Source of the DNA: a virus
Taxonomy: Duplodnaviria; Caudoviricetes
Reading direction: 5' to 3' (one strand)
IMG/VR virus record: IMGVR_UViG_3300037359_000088
Location: 1-37,225 of that record
DNA: 37,225 bases
Below the pieces are notes generated by a model. The model was not told where the DNA came from, made no database searches, and worked only from the letters and a program-made list of their open reading frames with translations. The position numbers and the translations under genes were made by a program. Positions 28,401 to 31,213 of the stretch are shown piece by piece (within the stretch, counting starts at the first letter, position 1; each line of letters begins with the position of its first letter).

Positions 28401-31213
28401 AACCGCTCGGCCAGCGTGTGATTGTCAATCTTCACCACAGCCGCGACCTTTACTCCCATGGCGACTCCAACCTCGGAAGCCTCCACTTCCTTATCGAGGT
28501 TGAACTCTGTAGCGCTATAACCAGTTCTGTACGATCCCAGGTAGGTCTTTACAACGCCGGTCGTCCCGTCCGCAAAGGTGGCCTCCTTCACGGTGCCCTG
28601 GACGCCGCTGCCAACCTCATAGCCTTCCTTGTACGGCCCGGCGGCCACCGAGTCCTTCAGGGCGTCGATGTCATAGATGTCGACCTTGGCCAGCTGAGCC
28701 TCGGCGTGATACGCGGCGTCGATCCGGTCGACCGTAGCCGACATATCGGCGTAGACAGCGTCCGCTTCGGTGCCGTCCCAGCCGAACAACGCGGCCATCT
28801 TTGTAGACAGCTCGTCCGTGCCTCCGAGGACGTAGTTCGCGTGCGTCTCACCGATCGCCTCGATAAGACTTCCGCCTCCGTACTGGGACAGGTCGGTCGC
28901 CTTGCGCAGGTCTACCCACGCCGCAGCAGCCTGCTCCTGAAGATCGGCCAGCACGGGAAGGGAGTCCAGGGGGCCGCCGATATCTGCGGCCAACCTCGAC
29001 AGATGGGCGTCGTCATAGAACTTCCAACCTTCACCCGGCTCCCCGATCAGCTCCGCCAACAGGTCGCTTGCTGCGATGTTGGACTTGTCGACGGCGATCG
29101 ACATCTGGAACTGGAACTGGTGACCTGTCTCGTGAGCCATCAGGTAGCGGCCCTCACCAAGGGCGGAGACCGTAGCGTCGGGCGACGTGAGCGCAGCCTG
29201 CGGCATGAACCAATCCGGATGAGACTGGTTGTAGCCGTACCAATCTCTAGTCTGGCTCGCCCGGCCTCCAACCTCGATCGTCCTGGGGTTGTCGGACATG
29301 ACACAGGCCAGGTCCTTTTTCGCCATGGCGTTCTCGCCACCGAAGACGACCGTTGTGCCGGGAGCAGCAAACTCATTGGCACCCCGCATGTAGTCGAGAA
29401 CTAGCGGGTCGTCGGCCGTCCAGCCCGATCCCGCCCTGATCTCGCCCTTGATGCGGCCAAGGTCGACATTGATCGAGCCACCCGGGCCGGGCCGCTTAAG
29501 TGGTGTACCCCAGCGCTTCGGCACCTTCACCTCGTGAGCATCCGCCTCGCTCATGTGTGTGCCGGGACGCCGCACCGTATCGAGGGGCCGAGCGGTAGCC
29601 TTCGCGGCTTCCCCTGCTCCTGTGGCTTCCTTCTCAACTCCCTCGGTGGTGACCTGTTCCGCTACTGCTGACGGCGGCGGTGTGTAGACGCCTCCAGGCC
29701 CCATATTTTCTAGTCCAGTAGTCGGAACATCCGGATTCACTTCCGGCTCTTCGCCTTCATCAGCAGTCGAGTCCGTCGTTAGGGGCGCGGATGACGTGAT
29801 CACGTCGCACCGGCAGCTCGGATGTCCAGGTGGGGCGGTGTCACCGCTCGGAAAGTCGTCCTCAAGCGGGATCGGCCCAGACTCGACGTTCTGCATACAG
29901 TAGTCGCACGGCATCCCCTCTGTGGCGATCCACGCTTTGGCGGTCGAGCCCGCGGCTTCCCCAACTGCCAAGGTTGACGAGCAGGAAGCGGAGCAGGACT
30001 CCGTGCGGGCGATCGTCTCGGCACGGCTACCCGACGCCTGAGTGAACACCTTCTGGACGGCGTCCTGCATATCGCGAGTACCACCACCGGCCTGCTGCGT
30101 CTTCAGTATCGCGTCCTGAATCTGCCGGTACGTCGTGTCCTCACACCCGACGATCCGGTTAAGCTGGGCGTCGTACGCGGCCTTCAGTCCCGGGTCAGCC
30201 TTTCCAAAGGTGATCTGGAGCCGATTCGCCTCGTCACCGGCAAAGTCGTTCATCATCCCGTTCAGCCAGTTCCCGGCGTCATCGGCCAGCTTCTGGCTCA
30301 TCTCGTCCGTCGGGAAGATAGCCTCGCCAACCGCCTCGGCCTGGGACTGGCCCGCCTGACCGGCCATCTGCATGAAGTTGGCGACGTTCTGTGCCTGGTT
30401 CTGGGCGGCCTGTTGCTGCGTCTCTCCCTTCGTGGGGAGGTTCACCGGCGAGAAGTTTTCGAGCAGCCGCTTCAGCGTATCGTTAAACTTCTCATTCGGA
30501 TTGGCCAGAGCCGCCACCTGGGCATTAGCCGACGTCTGGGCAGCAACAGCCGACTGGACCTGCGTCCAGGCCGCCTCCTGTTCATCGGGTGTAGTGGCAG
30601 CTACCTGAGCGGAGCGAGCGGCGATGATCTTCTGGTTAGCTTTTCCGTAATCAGCTAGAGCTTTCTGAGCTTCCTGGCGGGCCTCTTCTTCGGCGGCTTC
30701 CCTACGAACCTCAGCTTCCGTCCGGGCAACTTCTGCCTCTTGCGCCGCCCTTACCGCCGCCTCGCGCTTTGTTATCTCCTCTTCTTCTTCAGTGGCTCCA
30801 AGGGCGACGGCGGTGATCTCGTCACCGGGCCCGGCGAAATACTGGGTGGCGGCCTGTTGCGGCGTCTCTCCCTGCTGGGCCTGCCCCGCCTTAGGCTTGG
30901 GCTTATCGGCCTTGACCTCGGCCACCGAAAGCCCTTTGGTCCCAGTGGCCAGGTGGTGCAGGTTGGCCAGGACGACCCGCTGCTCATACGCAAAGTGAGC
31001 GCGCATGTAGTGCTTGATCGTCTCCTCCCACACGCCGATCTTATGACGACGCCGGGCGATGTAAGTGAGCAGATCCTTCTCTGTGAGTGGCTGCCCGTAG
31101 AGGGTGTGGGAGGTGAACTTAGGTGCAGCCTTCTCTCCGCGCCGGAACCAGGGAGTTACCGGAAACGGGATCAGAACCGAAAGCGCTCTGTGGGGGGCCG
31201 TGATCATCGACAC
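13472..31213 (-). CDS. Giant (5913 aa) MuF/SPP1 gp7-like head morphogenesis protein fused to about 22 toxin/effector domains (polyvalent protein)
   Basis: GTG abuts the portal stop; located between portal and protease; MuF motif RAETIARTE...KAWIA...CDYC...PPGHPSCRC; repeated ART, kinase, HExxH and HNH motifs. Confidence 0.9.
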   Translation of the reverse strand: MSMITAPHRALSVLIPFPVTPWFRRGEKAAPKFTSHTLYGQPLTEKDLLTYIARRRHKIGVWEETIKHYMRAHFAYEQRVVLANLHHLATGTKGLSVAEVKADKPKPKAGQAQQGETPQQAATQYFAGPGDEITAVALGATEEEEEITKREAAVRAAQEAEVARTEAEVRREAAEEEARQEAQKALADYGKANQKIIAARSAQVAATTPDEQEAAWTQVQSAVAAQTSANAQVAALANPNEKFNDTLKRLLENFSPVNLPTKGETQQQAAQNQAQNVANFMQMAGQAGQSQAEAVGEAIFPTDEMSQKLADDAGNWLNGMMNDFAGDEANRLQITFGKADPGLKAAYDAQLNRIVGCEDTTYRQIQDAILKTQQAGGGTRDMQDAVQKVFTQASGSRAETIARTESCSASCSSTLAVGEAAGSTAKAWIATEGMPCDYCMQNVESGPIPLEDDFPSGDTAPPGHPSCRCDVITSSAPLTTDSTADEGEEPEVNPDVPTTGLENMGPGGVYTPPPSAVAEQVTTEGVEKEATGAGEAAKATARPLDTVRRPGTHMSEADAHEVKVPKRWGTPLKRPGPGGSINVDLGRIKGEIRAGSGWTADDPLVLDYMRGANEFAAPGTTVVFGGENAMAKKDLACVMSDNPRTIEVGGRASQTRDWYGYNQSHPDWFMPQAALTSPDATVSALGEGRYLMAHETGHQFQFQMSIAVDKSNIAASDLLAELIGEPGEGWKFYDDAHLSRLAADIGGPLDSLPVLADLQEQAAAAWVDLRKATDLSQYGGGSLIEAIGETHANYVLGGTDELSTKMAALFGWDGTEADAVYADMSATVDRIDAAYHAEAQLAKVDIYDIDALKDSVAAGPYKEGYEVGSGVQGTVKEATFADGTTGVVKTYLGSYRTGYSATEFNLDKEVEASEVGVAMGVKVAAVVKIDNHTLAERFVEGPDGNAWHRLQLAKGGGDWRVDFHAVADKAEEDLLKSPAGQRLGLFDYVIGNTDRNPSNWIMTTDGPVGIDHGFSFSYGETCYTPFLPAGAADAVESVAKVLPDISAADIQQMMDSVAKIPNVDVHVNAYLGFIRDEKLKTEAVIAGKPFVAAAQLAEDISDRSALEVSLDSGIVSRGTELGHGVEGKVTEIKFGDGSTGVIKDFFGPKGYHDEKIDSEVLASEVGVAMGAPVPAVIRAAVVVRPGQVALTDAQLNEARDWLSDTFGVPVSRATSDAHVVEAIDDNFPGGLARFTGRVVETPPPENLDSVVMRLVEGTNGSDPKFWRSFASAISGGGIETRMDREEAIASSGGQKLALFDYVIGNSDRNPSNWILTKDGPVGIDHGICWSHGDAGARYGNVFVSGDNVPSVDAGTIKAIFAATPDISAEDVRTMIVKVKALEPDFVAVRMGNTYGEDAYKEMMARFQAVVDGKVTREAVTGAAKLAEEGPTQEEMSRLFTGTFSGPRNEAEFDAKTERAVEGYRGEAGQVTADESGIAVSGPGGSDWNEILRVGTRKERTALLKVCAPLDKAIADSSTKEDVTLFRGMDLDLSNLKVGATFRDDGFVSTSLVKKNAEAFEYLGSEHPALVTIQVSKGSTALALGGEENEVLFPRGQAFEVLSIKVDKSGVQQVTVRLTEEAAEPLKLAEEAPLPKWLPSKVEDLDKEIEKINRNLPYNLTHGWGASGKPTVNAITDMREDFEQYETDFAAAGRSSEYDTILAKLKDAEDNFKERSAEAFSVAAEPVAGAAKLAEETPEWKPVMTPDEADAWAADSVRQTPVFHATTKAGARGVRESGFDLSRKSTTGASMGVGVYTGELPEDVQSYGTDMLELRLNIKNPAPAGVTQRLMSETVKEMGPGFSWFGTGAEQLKYAENVTAKARALGYDSLTADNVIVVFDEENIVTVGRTYDLKAGEDSDVQNRVLQGIANAHPDAVRAAQEDLERSTAATAVQRAAGAKIYGKDKGHLVIPGVIDRYFDKNTLDRMAASIKPVEEAAEPEVAKLADVLKPDERITPFVPEKLAKPAVPVASTAKLAPVTDRAWTQDEVYALSDYQDVTFQHINEALREGESSAWTSARTLAPLDSAIAKNTTTEPVTVLRWMGFNDAHGNRIALEAGQTFTDKAYVSTSRDLDFVWGNPEHDYKMIIDLPTGTPGAWMPTLDQKYRDVPEEMSRESEQELLLPHGSTFRIDSVDADGNVHATYTGYDRGDGTVVSPPEAKPAVPKPSVPKPSVPKPEVVSVAGGPGADAIAGIKHYTAKGGDWGVPIKPKQMDAAAAWVRGGTYDGPVYRSLGLDDDGFERMFGDAPVVGAHVDLTAPMTSFTADRDRVAAYGAGVNKVIFTTNGQVVGRDVAEWSTYPEEKEVLLASQSMVVTSAEYKNSIWYVTVEPSVSVSGAAKLAPEYGDDELKALAGYASSSNDPESYFQINQELRDGKKPDVAVLDRAVLKDTTDEPMTVSRCVDLSVLKKMKVGQDFRDKAYVSTSRDPDFARAVSSPGTYSLFGNTGLTIDLPVGTPGAVLKDALGGKWLVSQTTLDREDEFLLPRDSVFRVDSVGDSSAHLTYMGYEDESGKLISPGVTTGAAQLAKEPPILGGITSPDMRPLVMPKKPNGDPWPDQSAVSKTVFAMQDEEGRQLILHIASGVHPYPSARDAQAALDALADCVDQYSDKISYVYGVADKKMPSIEVEIREDAIMQTATGKIEAQGWVMMRGDEARVIHLNEKKAWQGAHAGDWHMPARNDVTEIRYNIFHEFGHASYISGWRDGVETAQTPAVLFHQGQVFRQVYDDLMANIKANVPDYLSPVDLAKLKPFSTEWIDANAARSKAAQLTGLSAYGQTNPEEAYAECWAEWHLTGGATKDKAAQLYGEAFHWRVAGKEPEEVLKPVRATDSILPPLKPAEPAVTVVDPLDKAIEDTRAGAASAVTKADVATLRSQFSHKYEARLSAAGRKDEYLNVMDDLRDLEKTKPLVAEVAKAEAAKVATAAEIENWVDVNAWGVAKGIKIDSNLEAHISVDTMKTVTSVIDKLDAKYPGLSDDLTIDYKPGEIGQAASVGSIDANGRPNIMGAALHPTTRSVLYISRNLTDEQLADAIRGGTNAARSVEDAYIHEMGHVMQNSTAWMRQIPGQGLDMAQAVAPIDVNLERSLIRQAMQEAGYADKGGARVRKLISEDISGYAADKNDLEFDAETFMLFNRPGGISDLSAEAQQRLRTYAAALDRLTGRTAKAEVTEAAKVATAADFTAVKLPGADKVIEGYSDFGVDWNENLRAWHWAPGRSDPTVDIPIAKKMDAIIAANTAKADVTVYRGMDWDLSKLKVDDTFMDKGFVSTTWDKGSAQSFTGINVHAGETPHPVLLTIEVPAGSHVLPIGAMGVAEEGEVLLPRMSKFTVLSNTVDDKGVRQVSLKLVEYGPGEGPARVVTGAAWQGAAKLASDYDDAPALQKALDVGAFKVGSEIGSGAEGTVTEVTFADGTTGVQKVFTPTRGEESETEVLASKVGLAIGAPVPAALRSAPNAIVERLVAGSTFQGLPMDVTDAARASEAGQRLKVFDWAVGNNDRSVTNIMLGTDGKIVGIDHGLVFRNPGTVSLVVKRQAFEETPDISAADVQKMLDDIKPLKGDFAKAGTVSRYQHLETPLPHYAYDEASYGQIYDEMTSRLEQLRDVKLGVVPVTGAAKLAPEVDIHDAVALQSALDAGEITRGDMIGDGAQADVYDCTFADGTSGVLKGFTSSAEGDTQARDEMLASKIGAVMGAPVPAVLLIPGMPRTVAERFVKGTVGTLVEDHDREVAFASAQGQRLGLFDWTVGNADRNEGNWILTADGPVGIDHGIIWQPDSGVNSPFISGLKFEKYEEVGLDDVVKATKDISPDEVHAMIVKLQALEPAFGADVPFLDDSVSRLMEVEDAKREALRATTGAAKLAPPEWKPVMTSDEADAWASDSVVKDLMYHGTATPGTAASIRDTGFDLSKGGTGVGVQAFGGGVYVTPGERQARDYAEYVTPGRAGLGARKEVPGEVLKIRVNVQNPTTFDQTKKYMCAAIKENLKLGEAPYAARVTELARADGHDAIMGIDKIMVVLDPKSLVVVTEPLVGAAKLAEDWKDVDSLSAAIDGSIVRGEVVGSGAEGNVYRVRFADGSTGVTKVSYGGDLPNTTDQEVLASKLGLAMGAPVPAVVRVDDTTVAERFVDSTPRKRDPVTGRPKPQNTTRAWNSIDGQRLRVFDYAVANGDRNVANVLLVDDGKTLVGIDHGRTFEDLRPDKADPLFDLAMATPKISAVDVQGMIDAIEPLRPDFEAAGSFSRGWPPAVVPWSQAFDDTTARLEKIRDAKALTEVPAIGAAKLAPEEFPKPEDWQVLPLGSLAADRRAAKDAQRAAIDRLFEGRGLEIGMTAKVGDAEKAVDDYYRAGQTYDRLLRDPSQWKPGTETLQQPAFYKNVAELDKVIADTHTTEDLTAWRGLQAEDTTLVGGEKIVWHDLKPGQIISDKGFVSTSLDRSFSSNWASGSNSVLIEVRLPKGSAALPIRMDFQNEAEALLPRDSQFEVLSVRTGDVPRAGGFTHSATIVTVQLKPAKALTEAPAIGAAKLAEETPADLASALNDLSASSDKWQGSRLKWQGSHLTRGSTEEVQELDDRVATWMADHPDAQKLKDGIDEWAGRGMAKIAAMRANPDEAAQFLFKTVQEAPRNDVPLFRGMRFTQPGQGAEGTDFAMIERFTHMQVGAVIDGDYIGTAASFSSDEDYIRLFMGKGGVKITLDTGGARALDIAALSSTGESEWLVGQKLEVTHVEVLSGASAASDEATGLDRYLHSEGENPTVILTVKAVTEPEKAVTGAAKLAEEGPEWKPVMTSDEADAWIAKTRSTSSGSEIGTFWHGTSLKAEKSIEENGFDPTLRATTGRMYGDGVYLAKEQGTAAGFARDEEFMDPKKGGALMEVRVNLHNVASPEATRDIVARSWKDEPRASPEAISAGWASASQTEPRLDPALVQKLATEEGYDGISTGSSLVVFDPKNIVVIKNPVVEAGAAKLAPEYDAEETHALGAYQQAAYTRINSSLRKGLTLAKDAEAMPGWRALDEVPTLDRAVLKDTTDEPMTVVRWIEHKNWKGKPGQTFRDKAYVSTSRDVEGFTAFDKTKLVIDLPAGTPGVVMNDVGIKSAEDEFLLPRGSVFRVESVDGDGTVHLTYLGYEKVSGHSALIPPVAPEKAVMAADAWTTRLTGDQTYYHTTASYYVPDILKNGLKPSKMGESGPGVYLAADNEYATHMSTWQADHEVLSVTVHAGDGINILNRDLPGGDAEYRRIQLQAQIDKEPLDAALDKAGYQGVSHISPGNKFPETTICDPSLLTPSRITPVVEAAKVGDLGATEAEAAAVGTVAKVGQDRLATAVSAVQEASQAVPGALEETIARNAALPPVGWAKDGTPLADDFPTAEQPHPIPYADRGGLTAADYPSGFQPTGERLGNNWAAEDPESSFERQGKAREALATWMAQTDPAIRMKAAAFKKVLDDGEIRNGFETGGGTSMSAKPWYHDVRLQGEESSLGIPKTAAATERPVYGFLAPKGAGDFLHADNPDDVQSALDYLPTNKGDLDAIRADPDGWLIEITPSSMNAGEGDYIDVVSREYLRTRYADAQARDALRKPWDTDRYATRMPKLRYYSLGDGHGNLNADTVVSYANREFRACQYGDVEVVMKDSTLDMATVTGGDSLDDRLLGVPAKLAATADPRVPIGKAVPRPPYCLDYSDGRQCKYVEVQFADRPQLSDIQKVYFSGAKPTKAITDKLDAAGIEWKWDPAPNLSVQKVPFDSIINTPKEPERIQASARLAPWDQSQIAKQAADKIAAAPVPSDADRASNAYDLAHSKRAGGEKRGNNTDRHRRTAKLLTEFGDGTTCPCVWCGVTLTPKSLTQDKIFTNVQGGRYKIANLLPSCNKCNHRRDDSQIRWVNDVKVVESS
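13500..13770 (-). other. Domain: C-terminal Zn-binding HNH-like nuclease
   Basis: CPCVWCG...LTQDKI....GGRY..ANLLPSCNKCN; the usual DH dyad appears as DK. Confidence 0.7.
13955..14900 (-). other. Domain: DUF3626-like (possible ART-fold) domain with a long insertion
   Basis: VLDDGEIRNGFETG, R...E..SLG, RPVYGFL, QYGDV, TVTGGDS, YVEVQ, L.DI..V; family recognised from memory of the motif order. Confidence 0.55.
15285..15690 (-). other. Domain: His-type ART-like domain 4
   Basis: YYHTT...ILKNGL, GPGVYLA, GYQGV, PETTICDP. Confidence 0.7.
15755..16220 (-). other. Domain: VIP2-like ART 8
   Basis: ALGAY..INSSLR, VVRW, DKAYVSTS, EDEFLLPR. Confidence 0.85.
16265..16787 (-). other. Domain: His-type ART-like domain 3 (ART-PolyVal-like)
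   Basis: FWHGTS..GF, YGDGVYLA, AGFA, GYDGI, LVVFDP. Confidence 0.75.
16845..17530 (-). other. Domain: compact R-S-E ART 7
   Basis: LFRG, ASFS......F, DIAALSSTGESEWL. Confidence 0.75.
17600..18260 (-). other. Domain: VIP2-like ART 6
   Basis: YDRLLR, AWRG, DKGFVSTS, EAEALLPR. Confidence 0.85.
18320..19000 (-). other. Domain: HipA/PI3-PI4K-like kinase 5
   Basis: GSGAEG, GVTK, EVLAS, FDYAVANGDRNVAN, GIDHG. Confidence 0.85.
19040..19526 (-). other. Domain: His-type ART-like domain 2 (ART-PolyVal-like)
   Basis: MYHGT..GF, GGGVY, RDYA, NVQNP, GHDAI, MVVLDP. Confidence 0.75.
19570..20245 (-). other. Domain: HipA/PI3-PI4K-like kinase 4
   Basis: GDGAQA, GVLK, EMLAS, FDWTVGNADRNEGNW, GIDHG. Confidence 0.85.
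20285..20980 (-). other. Domain: HipA/PI3-PI4K-like kinase 3
   Basis: GSGAEG, GVQK, EVLAS, FDWAVGNNDRSVTN, GIDHG. Confidence 0.85.
21060..21550 (-). other. Domain: VIP2-like ART 5
   Basis: WNENLR, VYRG, DKGFVSTT, EGEVLLPR. Confidence 0.85.
21610..22315 (-). other. Domain: zincin metallopeptidase 3
   Basis: YIHEMGH ... ISGYA....LEFDAE. Confidence 0.8.
22660..23480 (-). other. Domain: zincin metallopeptidase 2
   Basis: NIFHEFGH ... LSAYGQTNPEEAYAE. Confidence 0.8.
23575..24070 (-). other. Domain: VIP2-like ART 4
   Basis: ALAGY..INQELR, TVSRC, DKAYVSTS, EDEFLLPR. Confidence 0.85.
24110..24535 (-). other. Domain: compact R-S-E ART 3
   Basis: VYRS, TSFT..R.VA..Y, DVAEWSTYPEEKEVL. Confidence 0.75.
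24566..24604. repeat. 15-bp tandem repeat encoding a PKPSV linker
   Basis: tggcttcggaaccga x2 plus a partial third copy. Confidence 0.9.
24655..25150 (-). other. Domain: VIP2-like ART 2
   Basis: ALSDY..INEALR, TVLRW, DKAYVSTS, EQELLLPH. Confidence 0.85.
25560..26006 (-). other. Domain: His-type ART-like domain 1 (ART-PolyVal-like)
   Basis: VFHATT..GF, GVGVY, SYG, NIKNP, GYDSL, IVVFD. Confidence 0.7.
26360..26900 (-). other. Domain: VIP2-like R-S-E ADP-ribosyltransferase 1
   Basis: TLFRG, GFVSTS, ENEVLFPR. Confidence 0.85.
26970..27915 (-). other. Domain: HipA/PI3-PI4K-like kinase 2 (with insertion)
   Basis: GHGVEG, GVIK, EVLAS, FDYVIGNSDRNPSNW, GIDHG. Confidence 0.85.
27960..28670 (-). 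other. Domain: HipA/PI3-PI4K-like kinase 1
   Basis: GSGVQG, GVVK, EVEAS, FDYVIGNTDRNPSNW, GIDHG. Confidence 0.85.
28740..29470 (-). other. Domain: zincin metallopeptidase 1
   Basis: YLMAHETGH ... LSQYG...IEAIGE. Confidence 0.75.
29795..30330 (-). other. Domain: MuF (Phage_Mu_F) head morphogenesis domain
   Basis: RAETIARTE, KAWIATEG..CDYC..N, F.SG...PPGHPSCRC. Confidence 0.9.

Noticed and set aside
13472-31213. Inteins, tape measure or Rhs/YD toxin as the explanation for the giant ORF
   Set aside because: No intein splice-junction or LAGLIDADG motifs, tape-measure helical repeats or YD repeats seen; the length is explained by tandem catalytic domains.
13472-31213. Giant ORF as a repeat-collapse assembly artefact
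   Set aside because: Paralogous modules are strongly diverged, the identical stretches I found are only about 50 bp or less, and the frame stays open for 17.7 kb. Not fully excluded without reads.
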